Under the pieces are notes generated by a model. That model had not been told where the DNA came from and did no database searches. It saw only the letters and a program-made list of their open reading frames with translations. Below, piece by piece: positions 59,237 through 64,000 of a DNA stretch of 64,000 bases; the first letter of the stretch is position 1, and each line of letters starts with the position of its first letter. The DNA comes from Spirochaetia bacterium (lineage in GTDB: Bacteria > Spirochaetota > Spirochaetia > DSM-2461), in contig OY764216.1 in assembly GCA_963668315.1 (NCBI GenBank), positions 1,568,001 to 1,632,000 of the forward strand. Reading direction: 5' to 3'. A program made the translations under genes and the position numbers.

Positions 59237-61188
59237 TCGGGAGTTTCCCGCTTCTCCTCAGAATAGGGTGGAAAATAGAGTTCCGCCGCCGTTCCTTCGC
59301 CCTTGAGGCTTTCTACCCTGATAAAGCCGCCGTTCTGTTTCATGATTCCGAAGACGGTGGAAAGTCCCAGCCCGGTTCCCTGCCCGACTCCCTTGGTAGT
59401 GAAAAAGGGCTCGAATATGAAGGGCAGAGTTTTTTCGTCGATCCCCATTCCATTGTCTCTTATGGTAAGGCGGACATATTCGCCGGGGGAACCTTCGGGG
59501 GAGAGGGTTTTATCCCCTTCCTGAATGGTCACCAGGTCTGTGGTTATATGGATAACCCCGTTTGATTCAATGGCGTCCCGGGCATTGACGCAGAGGTTTG
59601 CCAGAATCTGATCAACCTGGAGGGGATCGATTCTGATGGGACGGAGGGGGACTCCCGGTTCCCACTCCAGTTTGACCATCCCTTTCATCAGATTGCTCAG
59701 CATGGTAAGCATGCCTGATATGATCTGGTTCAGATCGATCACTTCCGGTTTTATGGACTGCTTCCGGGCGAAGGTGAGCAGCTGGCTGACAAGGCGTGAG
59801 GATTTCATTCCCGCTTTTTTTATCTCCCGAAGGTACTGTTCCGTCTCTTCCCTGTTCTCCCGGGAGGCCAGGGCCAGATCGGTATAACCTATGATAATAC
59901 CCAGAATATTATTGAAGTCATGGGCAATTCCTCCGGCCAGTCTTCCCACGGATTCGATTTTCTGCATCTGGAGTATCTGGTTTTCCAGGGCTTTCATCTC
60001 TGTTGTGTCTTCCACGATGAAGCCCACCCCTTCTCCCACTTTGAAAAGATGATATTTAAGCCAGCGGACCCTGTCTCCCAGGGCAAAGGAGTCCTCCAGC
60101 AACTCCGGCCGGCCGGTCTGCCTCACCCTGTCATAGGCATCCCCGATTATCCGGCGGCTCTCATTTAAATAATGGATAAGTTCGTCAACAGGTCTGCCCA
60201 GCAGCTCTTCCGTATCCTGAAGCTGGGGAAGATACTTGAGTATTCCCTGATTGACCGATGCCAGACGGTTGTGCCTGTCTACCACACCCATGACATTGGC
60301 AGTGGAATCCAGGAAGCTCTGCCACATGTCCTTATTGGTGATGATCTCTTCCTTGGCGCGGTGAAGCTCCGTTATGTCCGAGCCCACCACGGCGAATCCG
60401 GTAGCCATGGTAAACATCTGCACCCGGTACCATCTGTCGGTTTCCCTGTGCAGAAAGGTGGAATAGAGATGCCTCGGTTTGGGTGAAGAGAGAAACTTCT
60501 CATAGCGGCGGAAGGGTTCATAATCCATAAACTGGGAGAAAAGATCTCTGAAATGTTTTCCCCTTACCGGCTCGGTCGGCCTGATCCTTTTATTGTCCAG
60601 AAGGAAACGGGTAATGGCCGCTCCCGCGTCCACGGCAATCCCCCGGGAATCAAATATGATAAAGGCTTCGGAGGATCTGTTCATCAGGGATTCGAGGCGA
60701 AGGCGTGTCTCCTGAAGTTCCGTTATATCCCGTCCGATTCCGAGAACGCCGATTACTTCCCTCTGATCATTGAAGAGGGGGGTCTTGATGGTCTCCATCA
60801 GGTGGCCCTGCCCGTCTTCGGCGAAGGTCAGAAGCTCTTCATTTTTGGAAGGGCCCCCCGATTCGATGGAGGAGAGATCCTTCTGACGGAAGAAATCGGC
60901 CAGATCCTTATCCACTATATCGTAATCGGTCTTTCCCAGAATCTCTTCCCGTTTTATCCCGAAAAATCTCTCAAAACTGCGGTTGCAGTAAAGGTATTTT
61001 CCCTCCGGGGATTTGAGCCAGAAAAGATCGGGCATGATGGATATGAGGGATTCGAGGAAACTATCGTTTACAAGGGTGCTGCTGTTTTTTTCTTCCAGGA
61101 ACCTGAGCTGCGAAGACAGTTCTTCCTTCTCAGCCTCCAGTTCATGAATACGGGCCAGCAGTTTCTGTTCACGCTCCTCTGATTCCAA
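59209..61188 (-). CDS. Cytoplasmic multi-PAS histidine kinase (no receiver)
   Basis: TTG start after GGAGGA; PAS domains; GGIAHDFNN; FTTKGVGQGTGLGL. Confidence 0.92.
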   Translation of the reverse strand: MESEEREQKLLARIHELEAEKEELSSQLRFLEEKNSSTLVNDSFLESLISIMPDLFWLKSPEGKYLYCNRSFERFFGIKREEILGKTDYDIVDKDLADFFRQKDLSSIESGGPSKNEELLTFAEDGQGHLMETIKTPLFNDQREVIGVLGIGRDITELQETRLRLESLMNRSSEAFIIFDSRGIAVDAGAAITRFLLDNKRIRPTEPVRGKHFRDLFSQFMDYEPFRRYEKFLSSPKPRHLYSTFLHRETDRWYRVQMFTMATGFAVVGSDITELHRAKEEIITNKDMWQSFLDSTANVMGVVDRHNRLASVNQGILKYLPQLQDTEELLGRPVDELIHYLNESRRIIGDAYDRVRQTGRPELLEDSFALGDRVRWLKYHLFKVGEGVGFIVEDTTEMKALENQILQMQKIESVGRLAGGIAHDFNNILGIIIGYTDLALASRENREETEQYLREIKKAGMKSSRLVSQLLTFARKQSIKPEVIDLNQIISGMLTMLSNLMKGMVKLEWEPGVPLRPIRIDPLQVDQILANLCVNARDAIESNGVIHITTDLVTIQEGDKTLSPEGSPGEYVRLTIRDNGMGIDEKTLPFIFEPFFTTKGVGQGTGLGLSTVFGIMKQNGGFIRVESLKGEGTAAELYFPPYSEEKRETPDQHNPESLS

Positions 61189-61240
61189 TGCTGATTCCTC
61201 CGCCGTCTTTTGTTATGACACAGATCGGTAAAAAAATGAA

Positions 61241-61288
61241 CCCTGTTCTTCTTTTCCCCGCCTTCGGGCAGGGAAAAAGAGAACAGGG
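61241..61288 (-). terminator. Long hairpin downstream of uxaC, probable terminator
   Basis: CCCTGTTCT...GCC-TTCG-GGC...AGAACAGGG; the minus strand continues TTCATTTTTTT. Confidence 0.7.
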
Positions 61289-61330
61289 CGAATCTTCCCA
61301 ATCCTCCGGCCGGTGACCGGAGGAAAATAT

Positions 61331-62728
61331 CTAGAGGCCGAAACCGAAATATTCGGCGGCATTCAGGTAGGAGATCTCCTTGACCATGGAACCGACCAGT
61401 TCAAAATCGGCCGGGATGATCCCTTTCTCCATATCCTTGCCGAGAATGTTGCAGAGGATCCTGCGGAAATATTCATGGCGGGTATAGGAAAGGAAGGAGC
61501 GGCTGTCGGTAAGCATTCCCACAAACCTTCTGAGAAGGCCCAGCTGGCTCAGAGATTCGATCTGTCTGGTCATGCCGTCCATCTGATCGAGGAACCACCA
61601 TCCGGATCCCATCTGGATTTTTCCAGCCACCGAACCGTCCTGGAAGTTGCCCAGCATGGTGGCGATGACTTCGTTATCCCGGGGATTCAGGTTGTAGAGA
61701 ATCGTTTTAGGGAGCTTCTTTTCCGAATCGAGAAGATTCAGATAGGCCGATAGGGGCCGGGCAAAGTTCTGATCGTCGATGGAGTCGAATCCCGTGTCCG
61801 GACCGAGTTTGGCAAAGAGGCGGGAGTTATTGTTTCTGAGGGCTCCCACATGGATCTGTTTCGTCCAGTTCTTCTCGGCATCCAGACGGCCGAAATGAAC
61901 CATCATGGCCGTTTTGAATTTATCCGCTTCCTCTGTGGTCACGCTCTGGCCGGCCAGGGCTTTGGCGAAGATGGCTGCGGCCTCGTCCTCGGTGTATTCA
62001 GAAGCGTATAAGGTGTCCAGCCCGTGGTCGGAGAGGCGGCATCCGGCGTCATGGAAATACTGGTGGCGCACTTTGATCGCCTCGATAAGGGCGGCGTAGT
62101 CCTTGATTTCCATACCGGCTGCGGCGCCAAGGGATTTCAGGTAATCCAGGTAGAAGTCCTTGTCTATGGCCATGGCCTTATCGGGACGCCAGGTGGGAAG
62201 AACTTTTACTGCGAAGCCTTCTGCGGCAAGGGCCTTATGGTATTCGAGAGTGTCGGCCGGATCGTCGGTGGTGCAGACCAGTTTGACCTTGCTGTCCACC
62301 ATCAGCTGGCGGGCGCTCATGGTCTTCAGTTTCTCATTGGCCCGGTCCCAGACTTCCTGTGCCGTATCGCCGTTCAGGATTACATCGTCAATGCCGAAGT
62401 AGCGGGCCAGCTCCAGGTGGCACCAGTGGAACATGGGGTTCTTAAGCAGGTAGGGCATGGTCTCGGCGAATTTCTGAAACTTCTCCCTGTCCGACCCATC
62501 CCCGGTACAGTAACGCTCATCCACGCCGTTGGAGCGCATGGCCCTCCATTTGTAGTGGTCTCCTCCCAGCCATACCTGGGTGATATTGTCCCACTTCTTA
62601 TCCTCCGCGATTTCCCGGGGATTCAGGTGGCAGTGGTAGTCGATGATCGGCATATCTTTGGCATAGTCGTGGTAGAGCTTCCGGGCTGCTTCCGTTTCCA
62701 GTACAAAATTATCGTTGATGAATTTCAA
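61331..62728 (-). CDS. uxaC: Glucuronate (uronate) isomerase
   Basis: PIIDYHCHL, GDHYKWRAMR, CTTDDP, GSGWWF.D, GMLTDSRSFLSY.RHEYFRR; TTG start after AAGGAG. Confidence 0.97.
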   Translation of the reverse strand: MKFINDNFVLETEAARKLYHDYAKDMPIIDYHCHLNPREIAEDKKWDNITQVWLGGDHYKWRAMRSNGVDERYCTGDGSDREKFQKFAETMPYLLKNPMFHWCHLELARYFGIDDVILNGDTAQEVWDRANEKLKTMSARQLMVDSKVKLVCTTDDPADTLEYHKALAAEGFAVKVLPTWRPDKAMAIDKDFYLDYLKSLGAAAGMEIKDYAALIEAIKVRHQYFHDAGCRLSDHGLDTLYASEYTEDEAAAIFAKALAGQSVTTEEADKFKTAMMVHFGRLDAEKNWTKQIHVGALRNNNSRLFAKLGPDTGFDSIDDQNFARPLSAYLNLLDSEKKLPKTILYNLNPRDNEVIATMLGNFQDGSVAGKIQMGSGWWFLDQMDGMTRQIESLSQLGLLRRFVGMLTDSRSFLSYTRHEYFRRILCNILGKDMEKGIIPADFELVGSMVKEISYLNAAEYFGFGL

Positions 62729-62757
62729 TTTGTTTCTCCTTCTGTGTGACGTGGAAA

Positions 62758-64000
62758 TTACAGGGTTACACCGGATTTGAAAATGGCGATTTCTCTGTAT
62801 CCGTTCCGTTCGTTCCGGGTCTGTTCTCCCGAGGCGATTTTTATGATAGCCTCTGCCAGATCCTTATTCAAGTCATCCAGGGAAATTCCTTCCACTCCCC
62901 GGCCTGCATTGAAGTCTATCCAGTTCTTTTTTCTTTCCGCCAGAGAGGAGTTGGTCGCCACTTTTACCGTGGGGACCGGAGCTCCCAGGGGAGTCCCCCG
63001 TCCGGTGGTGAAGATAAGAACCGTAGCGCCCGCCGCCGTCATGGCCGTGGTGGAGACGATGTCGTTCCCCGGTCCGTTCAGCAGATTGAGCCCTTTGGTG
63101 ACAACCTTGGCTCCGTAGGGGATAACATCGCTTACCGGAGCCAGTCCGCCCTTCTGCACACATCCCAGGGATTTATCCTCCAGGGTGGTGATGCCCCCTT
63201 CCTTGTTGCCGGGGGAGGGATTCTCATAAACCACCTGGTTATGCTTCGTGAAGTAGTCCTTGAAGTCGTTGATAAGATGTACCGTCTTGTCGAAGACCTC
63301 TTTATTGATGCAGCGGTTCATGAGGATTGTCTCGGCACCGAACATCTCGGGTACTTCGGTGAGGATCGTGCTGCCCCCCGCTTTGATCAGTGCGTCGCTG
63401 AACCGGCCCAGAAGGGGGTTGGCGGTGATGCCCGAAAGACCGTCGGAACCGCCGCACTTCATGCCCACCACCAGCTCGGAAACGGGACACTCCTCCCGCT
63501 TGTCTCCGGCGGTGAGTTTCATCAGATCCCGAAGAATCTCCATGCCCTCTTCCAGCTCGTCCTCCGACTCCTGGGTAATCAGGAAACGGACACGGTCCTT
63601 GTCGTAGTCGCCCAGGACCTTCTTGAACTCGGGAATGTTGTTGTTCTCGCATCCCAGGCCCAGAACAAGAACGGCTCCCGCATTGGGATGGGTCGTGAGA
63701 TCGCTCAGAATGGTCCGGGTCGTCTCGTGGTCGTCTCCCATCTGGGAGCAGCCGTAGGGATGGGCGAAGGTAAAGACCCCGTCGCATTTTCCCGCCGCCT
63801 CGGCCTGGGCCTTCTGGGCGAGGAGCTCGGCCGTCTTGTTCACGCAGCCCACGGTGTTGATGATCCAGATTTCGTTCCTCGTTCCCACTTTGCCGCCGGA
63901 GCGGCGGTAGCCTTTGAAGGTGCGCCCCTTGAGAAAGTCGGGGGCGGGATTTTCCAGAGCGACCGGTTCGTAGGCGTACTCCAGGTTTCCCCCCAGGAGG
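62758..64000 (-). CDS. uxaA: Altronate dehydratase (5' part outside window)
   Basis: Frame stays open to the edge (FKGYRRSGGKVGTRN); HPYGCSQ, LGCENN, KCGGSD, NPSPGNKEGG, FTTGRG. Confidence 0.93.
   Translation of the reverse strand, partial: LLGGNLEYAYEPVALENPAPDFLKGRTFKGYRRSGGKVGTRNEIWIINTVGCVNKTAELLAQKAQAEAAGKCDGVFTFAHPYGCSQMGDDHETTRTILSDLTTHPNAGAVLVLGLGCENNNIPEFKKVLGDYDKDRVRFLITQESEDELEEGMEILRDLMKLTAGDKREECPVSELVVGMKCGGSDGLSGITANPLLGRFSDALIKAGGSTILTEVPEMFGAETILMNRCINKEVFDKTVHLINDFKDYFTKHNQVVYENPSPGNKEGGITTLEDKSLGCVQKGGLAPVSDVIPYGAKVVTKGLNLLNGPGNDIVSTTAMTAAGATVLIFTTGRGTPLGAPVPTVKVATNSSLAERKKNWIDFNAGRGVEGISLDDLNKDLAEAIIKIASGEQTRNERNGYREIAIFKSGVTL

Noticed and set aside
1..64000. CRISPR array, tRNA/rRNA, IS, integrase, phage or defence genes
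   Set aside because: No spaced repeat array, RNA-gene signature or such protein motifs were seen. A by-eye read could miss small or divergent elements.

Overview
A gene-dense bacterial chromosomal window with about 48 CDS. It most likely comes from a free-living spirochaete (inferred from cyclophilin-FKBP fusions, lipoprotein signal peptides and gene content, not from a marker gene). No rRNA, tRNA, CRISPR array, transposase, integrase or phage gene was recognised. Housekeeping and metabolic genes include radA, lipBA, serA, uxaC, a partial uxaA, modAB, lemA, a YcaQ-like glycosylase and a cN-II nucleotidase. Signalling content is heavy: 2 MCPs, 4 histidine kinases, 1 DGC, 2 EAL proteins, 2 PAS-LuxR paralogues, and AraC, MocR, Rex-like and ECF regulators. 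There is also a TogB/YesO-like sugar ABC cluster and several surface lipoproteins. The best leads are: (1) a 63-aa stand-alone MshEN-like (c-di-GMP-binding motif) protein directly upstream of a cN-II 5'-nucleotidase and an EAL phosphodiesterase; (2) a soluble protein that appears to fuse a FliG C-terminal domain to MotA-like cytoplasmic segments, overlapping an ECF sigma gene; (3) a predicted beta-barrel/transglutaminase/TPR protein paired with an LVIVD lipoprotein; (4) an AT-rich FG-GAP lipoprotein with pore-forming-toxin-like hairpins; (5) repeated leaderless promoter architecture; (6) two near-consensus sigma-54 promoters around modAB. All family calls are by-eye motif recognition; no database search was run.
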